The notes beneath the pieces were generated by a model that saw only the letters and a program-made list of their open reading frames with translations, had not been told where the DNA came from and did not search any database. This document shows positions 1 to 13,037 of a stretch of 64,000 bases of DNA, piece after piece. The translations under genes and the position numbers were made by a program. The first letter of the stretch is position 1. Each line of letters begins with the position of its first letter. The stretch is from Rhynchobatus australiae. Taxonomy: Eukaryota. Where the stretch lies: the NCBI GenBank assembly GCA_034780895.1, contig JAUZTB010000069.1:5763870-5827869 (forward strand), in the 5' to 3' direction.

Positions 1-240
1 GCCCCAGGAGCACCGAGCCCGCGGGGGCCGCCGGCACTCTCCCCGGCCTTCCCAGCCACACCGCAGTGGCAGGACCCCGGGTGGTCCGGCAGCTCGGCTG
101 CCGATCTGCTTCGTGGGCGCCCTGGAATCCGCAGGCAGTCCGCTGCTTCTCCTTTAACCTCGGCTGACGGTGGTTGAGCACCGTCCGTGCTCACACTGGA
201 CGTGGCTCAGCTGGAGGGGCAGCCTTCCTTGGCTCGCAGA
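1..240. promoter_or_regulatory. 3' edge of a CpG island (GAPVD1 promoter / exon 1 / start of intron 1 region)
   Basis: Very GC- and CpG-rich (gcccgcgggggccgccggc...), dropping abruptly to the AT-rich, CpG-poor background after ~250. Lies upstream of the gene's first exons. No strong splice donor is seen, so exon 1 probably lies before base 1. Confidence 0.75.
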
Positions 241-1299
241 AGGCACTCTGTAATTTTTATTCTTTTTATCCGATGTTACACTTTCTGTTACATCTGGTCC
301 TATACTTTCCACTGCATCTATTTTATAATCCATCTGATTTTCATCTTTTCCACTACAGACTAAAGAATATACGTAATCCAAGATATAAAGTCTTTTCACT
401 TGTCAGCCGTATGTTGTAATATTTTAACTGTGTATGTGTAACATAGTAATTGGTTTTAAATTGTAGCGACAATATGTTAGTGTGTTGGAACTTTATTCAC
501 GCACAGTCCAGGTTAGTAGTGAATCCATCCCCTAACTGTTTCTAAAATGAGTGACTTATTAGGTTATTTTAGATGATGGAGGTTCCAGAGTTGTGTTCAT
601 TTTGAACACAAAAATGACAATGGAATTTTGTCAACTGCTCAACAACTTAAAAGTAACTTGTTATATAGAAGGAGGCATGTTTTTTTTTCAAAAATATTAG
701 TCACTGTTCTGTGTAAGATAAATTAGGTATTTGATATTATTTCACTACTAGAAATTTTTGTTTTAATTGTATAATATGGAGAGTTTAAGATGGGTTATTT
801 TGCCTTGTGTCCTATTTTTTGCTCTTTTCTCCTATTTCCTTCCCTCTCTTTGCCCCCACCTCACTGACAAGTGCAAAAACCATTGCTAATATACAGATGA
901 TTTGCATCGTTCCAGCTCATCCAGAAGTCCTCTCAGCTGAAGTACCTGGTTTATTGATCTTTGTTTTTCAGTGCATCATCTTTTAAAAAAACTTGTAGTT
1001 GCCTACATATGTATAATTTCACATGGTCTATCTTTACAACAATATCAAACTGAATGTATTAAGAAACATTACGACAAGGAACAGAATTAAGTCCATGCAA
1101 TCTAGTCAGTTTGCAGCCTTGTACAGTGTTCCACTGCTCTCTAGAACACCATGTCCAGAGATAGACTAAATATGTATATAAAAAAAAAATTCAGCTAATA
1201 CAGACAAAATTCTGATACGGAATTGTATGGAAAGGCATGAGTCATCATGGCAGTAACTAACAGCTAAACTTTACATATGATTCTAGGAATAACTTTTGA

Positions 1300-1480
1300 T
1301 CTCCCAAATTATTGCTACAGAACTTTTTTATGTCCATCAAAAGACAGATGGACTTCTTGATTTCATGCTGGACCAATAAAAGGTACTTCTGACAGTGTGA
1401 GGCATAGATTACTGTGCTGGTCTCTTTGGAATGTAATTTGTCCCGATAAGTTGACTCAGAGGTGAAAGATCCATCCCCTC
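1300..1480 (-). mobile_element. Degenerate DeuSINE (SacSINE1/AmnSINE1-like) fragment
   Basis: tttttatgtccatc...acagatgg...ggtacttctgacagtg...gactcagaggtgaaag resembles the reverse complement of the recalled Deu domain and tRNA head. Confidence 0.45.
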
Positions 1481-2239
1481 ATGGCAGACACAATGTCCAA
1501 TTATTGTTTAATGAGCATTCTCATGCACATGACTGACTTGGCAAATTATCAGAAATAGCTGTCTTGTAATATAAAACATCAATGGCTTTATTTAATAGTG
1601 CGGAAAATGCAAAACAAAACCAGTCAAAGTGTTCTATTTCCTTTCAGAACTAACCAATTCAAATGGTTTGGGAATTTTTTTTTTGTGTGGGTATGTATTC
1701 AAAGCCAAACATGAAGTGCATATAAAGTTTTATGTGTAAAAGTTACCAGATTCTGTTTAGAAATCCATTCTTACCAGTTTTGCCTCCCAAAATCTATATC
1801 ATGTGAGCCCGATCTGGTTGAACCAGTCTGATAATTGGCCCTGTTGCTTCTATCCCTTTTTCCTGACCACTGAGCCTTTCCACTGTTGTAAGCTTCTCTC
1901 ATACTATGGGATCCTTCAGGCCAACATCTTTCAGCTATGTAATTGGAAGATCCCTCAGTAACTCAAAGAAAAACTTGGGATGAACTGGAAGCAAAATTTA
2001 AGGGCAACAATTAACAGCCTTCAGTTGCACCCAACCAGTTGATTCCGAATGTCATCGATATCAAATGGAGCTGAATTTAGGCCTTCATCGTTCATCCTTA
2101 ATGAATCTAAATGTAGTTTATCAACTGTAGGATGTAAATACATTGCTCTGTTTGTTTCCAAAATGTGGAAAACAGGCACCATTTAAAAAAAATGACACGC
2201 AAGTCTGTTTCATGAGTGACATAATCAGAATTCTTTATA

Positions 2240-2525
2240 TCTTTTAATGAGTGTTCATATTTGAGGTGATTCGTGTAGATGGATTTTAGGTGAAACTGGA
2301 TAAGTACATAGAGAAAGGAATTGAAACAGATTTTGATTGGCTGAGATCGAGAGGTGAGAGGAGGTGGTGAAGTATTAGCACCAGTTTAGTTCTCCTGGAT
2401 CAAATTTCCTATTTCTGTTCTGTGTCCTATTTGCATAGAAGTTTCTTGCTGATTTCCTTGCACTTCAAAAGTACCCCATAGACTGTAAAGCACTTCGAGA
2501 TGACCTGGGCCATGAAGGGCGCAGT
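2240..2525 (+). mobile_element. Old CR1 3' end followed by a DeuSINE tail
   Basis: aggtgaaactggataagtacat...ggatcaaatttcctatttctgttctgtg (CR1 tail), then cacttcaaaagtac...ctgtaaagcacttcgagatgacctg (SINE tail). Confidence 0.5.
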
Positions 2526-4119
2526 GAAGATCATACCAATGCTGATTCCTGAATTGCTGTAATGGAACTAAGCCAAGGAAAACAAAGTTTAATAATTAGA
2601 AAGGAGAAATAACTTTTTGTGTACTTAGTTTATCCCTAAGTACTTAACACTTTATTGATTGTGAGGGAGTTAAAAGTGACAGCCAATGTCTGTACAGTAA
2701 ATAGCCACAGAGAATAATAGAAAAATTAATTTTGGTTTGTTGTTGAAGAATGACTCTTGCCCAGTACATTAAGAGGATTTCTGACTTCTGAATGGGATGC
2801 AATATTTTGTGTTCACCCAAGCTGTTTGTGTTCAACCAAGCTGTTTGAGGGGATCTTCAGAGAAATTGGTTATAAGAAGTGATAAATCTTCCATGGTTTT
2901 GCTTGATTTTAGCTTTTGTCAAACATTTGCTTGAAATGTATCTTTTCCATGGTAACATCTTTGCTTGGGTGATTAAGTAAGCTAAAAATCCATGATTTGA
3001 CTACTTTGGACTGAGCTTGCATGAATGGTCTTTTTCTTTGGGATGGTTTTGCTGCAATGCTATTCTCGTTTTAATTTTTCTTTCCTCACAGTTGGCCTGT
3101 AATATGAACAATCCTTGGTTGGTCTTGAGGATGTTCTGAAACACAGCCAGGGAACTGAGAATGTGGTTGTCTTCTCTCTGTCCACTGATCATGGTAGGAA
3201 GTGTGTGTGTATGCTTCCCCTTTTCTGTACCACTTGCATATTTGCTGTTGGTGGTGGTGTTGGTAAATTTTCATTGTATCTATTGTTACCAAAAAAATTT
3301 CCAACAGCATTCCAATCATCAGTGCTAGTTGGTAGTAAGAACATTGATGAAATATTTAATTTAATATCTTCAGGCGCATTCACCAAACATGACACTTGCA
3401 CTCTATGGATATTTTGTATTTTAAATTTTTTGCTTGATGCAGTGGTAGGTTATAGTTCTGAGTTTCTCCACACTTCTGAACTATGAGATGATACACAGCA
3501 GATGCTGTTTGCTTTCTTGTGTGAAGAATAATGGGGAGGATGAATCCCTGTTATTTTCAAGCAAGTTCAATAAATTATTCATTTGGCACTGGCAGCAGTC
3601 CAGCTAGAGATCCTATGCTCACCTGTGTGGGTTTGGTGTAAGTTATGGAGCTTCAAGAAATTAATTTTGTGTTGTTATTTAAACTTTTTTTTCACCTCAA
3701 TTCTTGTGTTAATATCTTGGTCATCCAGAGTTCTTGTCTGGGATGTGATCAGGATTTCTAATGTCAGGCAGGACAAATACGGAGGGATTATTGTCTCTAT
3801 CTTGTGCATCTGTGCTGGTATGGAATGATATTTTAGTTCAAAATGGGCTTTGGGCCAAATGAACGTAAGGAGTTTGCCCTTAGTTTGTGCAAAATGTGAC
3901 TTGTTCAGTTCCAAACCAGTACAAGTTGTGCCCAGGTTAAGAATGCTTGACTTGTGTAGTGTCCACATATGAGTGGGCATTTAGGAGATTGACGGGAATT
4001 CAGTTCCCAGTTGTATTTCTGACTGGAAAACTGTTTGAGTTCTCAACAGTTCACAGGAACAGATCCCTGCTATAACTGGGGTAGGACCTGTACTGTAATG
4101 CAGGAAATCAAGGAGGCTG

Positions 4120-4390
4120 CTTTGTACACTGCAAGGCCTGATAACGATGAGGTAAATTATCAATTAAAGTTGTTTGTTGAATGGTGACTAGGACACTCTT
4201 GTGTTTCCCTTAGAATGCTGCCATGAGATCTTTGTCATCCATCTAGGAGATCAGGGTTTTAACGTCTCAGACAAAAAAAAATCATTTCTAACAGCACAAG
4301 GTTCTTCAGTACTGTATCGAAATGCCAACCCATGTGTCTAGAGTGGGATTTGAAGACCATCTTCGGAGTCAGGGGAAAATGCTGCTTGAG
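4120..4390 (-). mobile_element. DeuSINE (SacSINE1-like)
   Basis: tgccatgagatctttg...tttaacgtctca...cttcagtactg...ctagagtgggatttgaa matches the recalled Deu domain and B box in reverse orientation. Confidence 0.6.
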
Positions 4391-5344
4391 TAGAAAGGAG
4401 ATGCAACTTGGAGAAGCAGCTAATGGTGAGGAACATTAAGTTTTCAGCAGTCATTTGTTTCTAAAGTAATAGGTTGATGAATTAAGGAACAATTGTCAAG
4501 TTAATTCAAGCTCTTGCTATGTATGTGGCAGCTGATTGTGATACAAAATGAAGATGGGTTCAGAAAATACATTTGTGGTTGGGGAAATGTGGATGCTGGA
4601 GCAAGAGAATAAGTACTTTTTGGGGTACATGAGGAATGGGTTTAAAATGCATGTACAGATTTCGTGAAACAATATGCAAGAAGTACCTTTTTGAGACACT
4701 GTATCAACACAGTTGCCGTGATAACTTTTTCTAGTCTGACTTGTAGAGTGGACTGAAGGTCACCAAGTTTATGCAGAAAGGTTCTGTGCAAAATAGTTTT
4801 ATTGTACACCTATAATAATTTTTATTCATTTATAGCATGTGCAAGTTGCTGGCAACGCCAGCATTTATTCTCAATACTGATTGCCACTGAACTGAAATGT
4901 GTGCTNNNNNNNNNNNNNNNNNNNNNNNNNNNNNNNNNNNNNNNNNNNNNNNNNNNNNNNNNNNNNNNNNNNNNNNNNNNNNNNNNNNNNNNNNNNNNNN
5001 NNNNNCACTGAACTGAAATGTGTGCTGGCAGTTTCATGGCGCAGTTAAAAGTGAACCACATTATCTTGTTTCTAAAATCAAGTCAGGCCAATTTGGGTAA
5101 AGATGCTGATTCCTTTACCCAAAATGCAGTATTAAACTAGGTAGGCTTTTGCAAGTTAAGTTCAAGGAACTTCCCCTCATTATCTACCCGGGCATGTTCT
5201 TGCCCATGAAATGGAGCTTAATGAGCTTTTCCGGTTTATGTCAGCACTGGCCATTTTTCATGTAGTGTCATCAATATGTGACTTTTAAATCAGATTTTCT
5301 CTCTAAAGACGTTCCCTAAACTGTTGGGTATTTTCAGCATTGTT

Positions 5345-5760
5345 TAATTTCAGATTTCCAGCAATTAATCTTTTCTCTGCCTTGCTGTTCCAGCCTTGTT
5401 TTTCTCTCTCTCTCCCTCTCTCTCTGTTCTTATTCAGCTCCCTCTACTTGCCTCTTTCAGATCAGCTGTATTTAACAAGCCTTCACCACCCTCCCTCAGC
5501 CAGCACCAGCACCGTCTGTGTCATCCATTTTCTCTTTTCCATCCAAATCAGACCAATTCTCTCCACCCCTCCTCCTCTGCAACTTAAAACGTGCTCATTT
5601 TCTGCTTTTCTTAGTTCTTCTGAAAAGTCATGTATTGAAATATTAAGGAAACACGAGACTGCAGATGCTGGAATCTAGATTGCAATATTAACTCAGTTTA
5701 ACTGTCCAGAGATACTGCACAAGCTGCTGCTTTTTTTATTTCCAATATCCAGTGTAAGTT
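5345..5760 (+). mobile_element. Old Penelope-like element 3' region/terminal repeat with a 32-nt nested insertion
   Basis: Pyrimidine-rich body and a decayed hammerhead-like segment at 5612-5646. Insertion 5647-5678 is flanked by attgaaatattaa / attgcaatattaa. Confidence 0.6.
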
Positions 5761-6969
5761 TTTATTTGCTCTTGCAGCAATCCAGTGTTGTCTTGTCATT
5801 ACTAATGTCACTAGCTTTTTATTCGAAATTTATTTAACTACCTAAGTTAATTCAGTTTGGTTATATTCACTTAAATAGGCTTTGAACTTGTGTCTCCAGG
5901 TCTTTAGTGTAGTCCACTGGATTACTGGTTCAGTAATATTGCCACCATGCCACAGTTCCTCTTAATTAAATGTGTAAAACCTCTGAAACTGCTAAACTAT
6001 TTGCAGTAATTTTAGGTTCTGGAATTTGTAGAAGTAACTATCTAAAATGCAGGTATAATGTGATCATCAAATTTTCAATTCCTTTAAATTTCTGNNNNNN
6101 NNNNNNNNNNNNNNNNNNNNNNNNNNNNNNNNNNNNNNNNNNNNNNNNNNNNNNNNNNNNNNNNNNNNNNNNNNNNNNNNNNNNNNNNNNNNNNTAAAAT
6201 GCAGGTATAATGTGATCATCAAATTTTCAATTCCTTTAAATTTCTGTATGTTTGATTATGGCCAACCCAACAGTGTTGCTCAAAGCTGCAAAGGCATTAC
6301 ACATCAGTCAAAATTGTCATTAAGGTCCTTGTGTATGGGTATAGGTAAGCTGCAAAAAAAGGCATTCATTTCTTGAGTTTGAAAATAAAAGAATCTCTGT
6401 ACGTCTGAGGAAGATTGAATCAGTATGTGATCGTTGGATTTTATGCAAACAAAAAATTCACATACAGAGGCTGCTTTGTTCTTTACATGCCCACGGCTAA
6501 GAGGAATGGAGGAAAAATATTCTGTCGTTTATTTTGTGCTGACTGAATCGCATTTGTTCATTCATTAAGTTTTGGCAAAAATAATGCAAGTGAACCGCAC
6601 GGATGATGAAAATTATAAACATATTAGTTTTTAAGCAATTTTTGAATCTTTAGAGAAATATCAACTAAATATCATGCCATCTATTTCCATTGTACTATAT
6701 TTTGTGCTTTGCTTTTGCAAACTAGTTTGATCAGTTTTTGTATGCTACAAAGCGCACATTTTGCAGCAAAGTAGATCTCTGAATTATTGTTTTTTCCTCA
6801 TTAAAAACTATTCCAAATCAAACTTTGTTCATTGTTTTAGTCACCATTTAAACTGTATGTGTAACCCAATCTTATGATGGGCCTGACCCAAATCATTTGC
6901 TGTATTTCACATGTCACTCAAGCAAGAATGGTTTATCTGGGGGGGAAAAAAATTGAACCTAGGTTAACA

Positions 6970-7275
6970 GGAGACACAAGAAACTGCAGATGCTAGAATC
7001 TGGAGCAACATAAAAGGCACTGGAGGAACTCAGCAGGTCAGGCAACATCCATGGAAGGAAATGGACAGTTGACGTTTCAGGTTGAGACCCTTCATCTGGA
7101 TTGGAAGAAAGGGGGAGATAGTATAAAAAGGTTGGACGGCAGGGTTGGAGCAATAACTGGCAGGAATAGGTGGATCCATGTGAGGGGGTTGATAGGCAGA
7201 TGAGGGCAGGTATGATATCAGAAGCGGGGAAGTGACAAAGGGCAGAAGATGTTAGGAGGGGAGGAAGGTAGAATC
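6970..7275 (-). mobile_element. Penelope-like terminal repeat (pLTR) with hammerhead-like motif at 7066-7103
   Basis: actgcagatgctagaatctggagcaac...ctggaggaactcagcaggtcaggc...gacgtttcaggttgagacccttcatctgga. The same unit recurs through the window, and other copies are attached to GIY-YIG remnants. Confidence 0.8.
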
Positions 7276-7354
7276 TGTGTTTTACTGTATGTTTGGCTTA
7301 AGTTACTTGTTTAGAAAGTAAATGCACCAGCATAAGATCCACACGTTATGCTTT

Positions 7355-7695
7355 GAGATTGTAGACAGTTTTGGTCACCCTCTTATAGGAAAGGCATGAT
7401 TAAGCTAGAAAGAGTATAAAGAAGATTTATGAGAACATTGCCAGGACTCTAGGGCCTGAATTATAGGGTGAGTTTGAACAGGCCAAGACTTTATTCCTTG
7501 CAACATAGGAGACTGAGGGGTGACCTTTGAAGGTGTTTAAAATCATGAGGGACATAGATAGGGTGAATGCACACAGTCTTTCTCCGAGGGAAAGGGAACC
7601 AAAAACCAGAGGGTGGTAGGTTGAAGGTGAGAGGGGAAAGATTTAAAAGGGACCTAAGGGGTGGCAACTTCATGCAGATGGTGGTGCGTATGTGT
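7355..7695 (+). mobile_element. CR1 LINE fragment (ORF2 C-terminal region)
   Basis: cagttttggtcaccc (QFWSP), then aggagactgaggggtgacc (RRLRGD) and aaggtgagaggggaaagatttaaaagggacct. Confidence 0.8.
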
Positions 7696-8135
7696 AATAC
7701 AATAATCTAACAATCATTTGATATAAAGCTATTATAATTGTCTGGCTTCTTTGAACAAATGTTTAAATTATGCATATTGAGGTTATAAAATCCTGTTAGA
7801 AATATACAGAGCAGTTAACAGGAACGTGATGTTCTGTTTCAGCCTCTTGGGGAATAAATAATGGCTTAAGTGAAATAGCAAACGTCTCAAATCAAACTGA
7901 AGATTTGCATCTAAAATTGGATTCCTCTGATTAACTTATCTGTTTTTGTTGAATTGGTTAGCTGTTCAGTTTTAATTATTTTGTCATATTTGTTTACACT
8001 TCTAATTGCTCCTGCTATTTTTAAATTAATCATGTGAACACTACTCAGAAGTAGCATGAGTTGTTCAGAACAACTTCCTCTTTGGAAGAAAAAGACCAAC
8101 TTTGCTGTAAATCATTTTGTTTTTTTTCATTTCAG

Positions 8136-8227
8136 GTCATATTACAGAGATTGAAGTATTGAATGTTTGGATCAGGTTGTTTGCTGTAACATTCTGCCCA
8201 AGGCCAGCTGCTGAAGGTTGCTAATAA
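8136..8227 (+). other. GAPVD1: Candidate non-coding 5'UTR exon of GAPVD1 (92 nt)
   Basis: Long T-rich tract and acceptor ttttgttttttttcatttcag|G, donor TAA|gtgagt, in non-repeat sequence. Contains a short uORF, ATG 8163 to TAA 8189 (MFGSGCLL). Confidence 0.55.
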
Positions 8228-9754
8228 GTGAGTATGCTTATCTTAGGGGTAGATTTAAAGGCAGTAAATGTATTTAACTTCCTCACTTAAAAGGACCAGT
8301 TTATGCTTTGGTATGTTAGTGTAAGGAATGATATGCAAATAGTGGTCATGTGTGAGCTTAGAAGTGGTCACTTGATCAATAGGGGCATTGTAACAGCTTT
8401 GTCATTGATGTACAAGCCGAGTTGATATCTAATTGTGATGCCTCTCCCAGAACTAAATGTTTCATGTTATGAGTTTATGGAGGTGTTTTTAATTAATTTC
8501 ATTGCTCACTTTCACCCTGTTGTTTTAACATGAATTCCTATCACTGCACTGCTGCCAGTATTTTTTGCAGTTGGCTGTTAGCTGATTTCAGAAATGATTC
8601 TGGTATCATTTTGTTTGCTGGGAAATGTTACCCTTTTCACTAGCAGTAATGGGCTTGGTTCGGTGGTGGAAGAGTTAAAGTGTTACTAAGCAAAGGAATT
8701 TGTGTTAGGTTAAGATCGATTCTTGCTATGTGCTTGGTTAACTACTTGACAGCTATGTGGATGATGAGAGTTACCCCAGAAGGGAGGGCATCACGAACTA
8801 TATTCATGTTCCTGGTCAAATCCAGTGAAGGCCAGAAAGTCCAAGGACAGACAGCACTATATTCCTACCCACTTCAAGTCTGGGAAAGAATTTAAGAATT
8901 GAGGGAGAAATTTAGCTGTAAATATATTGGCTCTTACTCACTTAGTGAATGTTTAGCAGCTTTTATTCTTGTGTTTCAAATAGTAGTCACATTTGGTCTT
9001 TCTATCATTTTGCAGAGTTGACAGATAAAATGTAAATAAACCTTTCTGTTGCCAGCTTTCATTTTCACTATTGGTGAACTGCATGAAACATAAATCAGTT
9101 TGCTTGAAAACTCTTTGTGCAATTGTACACTTTAAACTAGATATTTATTCTCTCGTGACTGTCAAATTTGAGGTTTTTCCCCATAATCACAAATTCACTT
9201 GCTGTTTATCATAGTAGTACTCAGTTACACTTGCAAGCAGAACATATTCTGTACTGTCACAAAAAGCTAGGAAATTGTCAGCATTCTGTTCTGTATGTGA
9301 GTTTCATATCACCCTGAAAGCTTATTGGTGGTGAAAGAAGGCATGGAATTACTTACTGTTGAACAATGTATGAGAACTGATGTGGAAGCCAAATGGCCTC
9401 AGTAACTCAGCTTGCAAGAAGGGATAACCCAACTGCAAAGTCAGTCAGTTGATATTCTTTGGACATGTTTATATTTGTTTTGATTTTCTAGGTTATCAAG
9501 CTGAGAAAACTAATGCCAGGAATAAATTAAGTGAGGACTTCTGCTTTCCATGGTTAACGTCAAATACTTCCAAGTCACAGAATATTTATGACGTGGGAGC
9601 AGACCATTTGGCCAATCTGTCAATGCTGGTTTTCAAAGCTCATCAGCTTAAACCCACCTTAGAGCTGCTGATCTGTAGTCCTGCAGGGCACGCTTCTTCA
9701 GAAACAGCGTGGCTTAATGCAGAGTGATGTTTCTTCTGCTCTATATTATAGATC

Positions 9755-10030
9755 CAAGTTAGCACAGAAACAGGCCCTACAGCCCAACTCATCCATACTG
9801 ACCTAGGTGACCTGAGCTCGTCCCATTTGCCTGCACTTGGCCTACATCCCTTTTCCTATCCATGAACTTATACAAATGTCTTTTAAATATTGTGATTACA
9901 CCTGCCTCTACCAATTCCTCTGGAGGCCCTTTCCATATATGCACCACCCTCAGGTCCCCTTTAGATCTTTCCCCTCTCACCTTAAACCTATGGCCTCTAG
10001 TTTTAGAGTCCCCTACCCTGGGGAAAAACC
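9755..10030 (-). mobile_element. CR1 LINE 3' end
   Basis: Minus-strand ORF FFPRVGDSKTRGHRFKVRGERSKGDLR...IFKRHLYKFMD is the typical CR1 ORF2 C-terminus. Confidence 0.85.
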
Positions 10031-11282
10031 TGGATGCTGCTTGTAACTCCCACCTATGTGTACTTTTTTTCAGAAGCAGAGGGCCAAGCAGGTTGATCCT
10101 CAACCTCTGGGTGTTTGGTGAAGAGGATCAGGCTTTGTACCTGGTAGATCAAAAGCCACATGGCTTGAAGGCGTGTCCTTGAAATTCACTGATACCCTTC
10201 ACTCCTTACTGTTGATAATTTTCCAATAAATGTAGAGTTGTTACCAGCAAATATTAAAATAAAAGTAAAATAATTTAATACTTAATGTTTTTCATGGGGT
10301 CACACTAAGGTAGTGTTTCCCCAAGAATAAACTAAGAGTTGGATGTGGGGTGCACCTGGACTCTCTTTCAGGGCGTCACTCCTTTTAAACTCGATTGTGC
10401 ATCCAGTGAAATCAGTATCTGACCTTAATTTTGTCTTGGACTTGTGCTATTAACCACGTATGTGTTTGGATTCTGAGTCTTCCTGAGGTACAAATAATTT
10501 TAACTGCTGGCTCCGTTTACAGTTGCCAGCTATCATGCAGCACGATTCAACCCACAGAGAAACTTGAGTCTTGGAAGAGCACTCCTTCTCTATGCTAGTG
10601 TGGCACTACCCTTTTCTGCTTAGAGTATGGATTTATTAATACAATGCTTATTGTTCCTAGCTATGGATAGTTTTACCCTTAAGGCCTGTGGCCTTGAGAA
10701 TCTATGTGGAGGCTATCTGAATTTGCATCATAAAAAATCTCTTAAGTAGAGAGAGAAATGAAGGATGCTCATTGCTGTTTTGGATTAGATTTGCATGGAT
10801 ACCTAAAATGGAAAGACTTGTAATTGACTGCACCATTCAGTTCCTCGAATGTTTAATATATTGTTTTCAGGCTAATAATGAGTTCCACTCTGTCCTCTGG
10901 TTTCTGACAGTTGATGCAGCCATCAAATATGAGAGCTTAAACTTTCTCCTGGTTAGGCTCTGTCTTTTGAAGATTGGCAACCTAGCAACTGTTTCCTGTT
11001 GTTGTCTCAAACATAAACCATTGAAGTAACTCAAAAACAAACTATTTTAACTAAACCTTGCAAAGTAACTTCCTCATTTCATCTTCCAGATCCTTTTTAA
11101 AATACAGGTGATAGATCATTGTACACAGCTGTGCAAGAGTTTCTTGGTACTAATTTGTTGGCATGGTGATGAGTTTGTAGGTTATTTTTCTAAGAGTGAC
11201 TTTTACTTTATAAAAGACCACATGCACGTGTGTTTTTTTTGGTAATTCCACTTTGCACTTGTAGAATAGTTAGATAATAGAA

Positions 11283-11726
11283 TGATGGTTCTGCATCTAA
11301 TTTACTGTGTTCAGTTCTGGTCGCCGTATTATAGGAAGGATGTAGAGGTGTCGGAGAGGGTGCAGAGGAGATTTACCAGAATGCTGCCAGGTTTAGACCG
11401 TATGGAATATGAGGAGAGGCTTAAGGTGCTAGGGCTTTACTCACTGGAGAGGAGGAGGATGAGGGGAGACATGATNNNNNNNNNNNNNNNNNNNNNNNNN
11501 NNNNNNNNNNNNNNNNNNNNNNNNNNNNNNNNNNNNNNNNNNNNNNNNNNNNNNNNNNNNNNNNNNNNNNNNNNNCAGGTTCAAGAGGTTGTTGGATAGG
11601 CATATGGAGGAATGTGGGATAGAGGGATATGCGGGAGGAAAGGGTTAGATAGAGTGAGGTGTGGTTTGATGGGCGGCACAACACGGTGGGCCGAAGGGCC
11701 TGTTTTGTGGTGTATTGTTCTATGGT
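11283..11726 (+). mobile_element. Young CR1 LINE 3' end (gap inside)
   Basis: [31 protein letters not shown]...[21 protein letters not shown]; tail gggccgaagggcctgtt...gtattgttctatg; CpGs retained. Confidence 0.9.
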
Positions 11727-12554
11727 AACATTACTTGTTTATAATTACAATGCAGTAACAGTCTTTTAAAAAATATAAAAAGAGAAGATGCAAAAGAACA
11801 TTACTATGTCACTTTACTGCTGATGACATTCTACTGACAAGGAACCAAGTATAACCTTGTTCCACCTTGTTTTATTTATGTAGCCTTTTGTACATGTCTG
11901 GATAGTGCATCAGATTGTTATTTTTCATCCTCTTGACACATTGCTGCTTTTGTACCCAATACAAAAGGCTGCTGTTAAAAGCAAGCCCTTGCTTCCTATA
12001 AAGTGTGAATGATCTTCTGCACTTTGCATCTGTTAGTTTGTGCCTGGTGTGGGAAAATAAATCCCTTGTACAACTGGTGAGTTAAGTGTAAATAACTTCA
12101 GATGCCTTTTATTTTATTGACTTCTCCACCTTTTGGACAAAAATCACTAATATTGTAATGACTGAGTATCTCTGGTTTTAAAGGAAACATCACTGATTAT
12201 TAGGACATGAAGCAAAATGGCAATGGAAGTGCAAAGCACAGGTTTTGTAATCACTTCAAAAATCTGTTCTTGATTATTTGTGAGAAAATGCATAGATGTC
12301 AAACATTTTGTGCTTCCGGGATGCACCATGCCAACTCTCATGTGCTGGTATTCATTCAACTAATCTTATTGTGGAACTAGAGTTATGTCTCTTTCCAGCT
12401 TTGAAGCCTGAATTGGGTTAAAAGGGTAAAATTAATACCTTTTATAATTACCATCAGATGGTCAGTTACTGATCGAGAAAAAAAAATAGTGGAAATCTTC
12501 AGCAGGTCAGACAGTGTTATGGAGTGAGAAAAAGACATGGCATCTTGGTTGATA

Positions 12555-13037
12555 TTCTTTCTTTTTCAATCTTTTTTATTGGTTTCAAATCAATACAAAT
12601 GGTATATGGCATCAAAGTTGTACACATCTTACAAAGAGATCTGGTTATCACTCAAATCTTAGATAACCATACAATAAAATATAGAAAAAGCAAAGACCAA
12701 CGATCTCTTAGTTAATAGAGTATAAAAGAAAGGAAATAAAAAAAGTTTATTATATACATTAAAAAAAGAAGAAACCCAAATCAAAATATAAAAAAATTAT
12801 AAACAATATAAACTAAGCAAACAAAAATTTAAAAAAAACAAAACAAAGACTGGGCCAAAATTTTTCAATAGAAACAAAGCAATATTATGTCGTCAACTCC
12901 GATCCTCCAAATTAAAAAGTTAATGAAGGGGGAATCTACGTCGTGTGAAAATATTGGATAAATGGACTCCAAATGTCTTCAAATTTAAGCAAAGGATCAA
13001 CAGTACTACTCCTAATTTTTTCCAAGTTTAAACATGA
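12555..13037 (-). mobile_element. L1-clade LINE 3' end (ORF2 C-terminus, T-rich 3'UTR, AATAAA tail)
   Basis: Minus strand reads SCLNLEKIRSSTVDPLLKFEDIWSPFIQYFHTT* (stop at 12936-12938), like the fish L1 LEKI...F..IW.PF end. It finishes with ccaataaaaaagattgaaaaagaaagaa and abuts a pLTR fragment at ~12490-12555. Confidence 0.75.
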
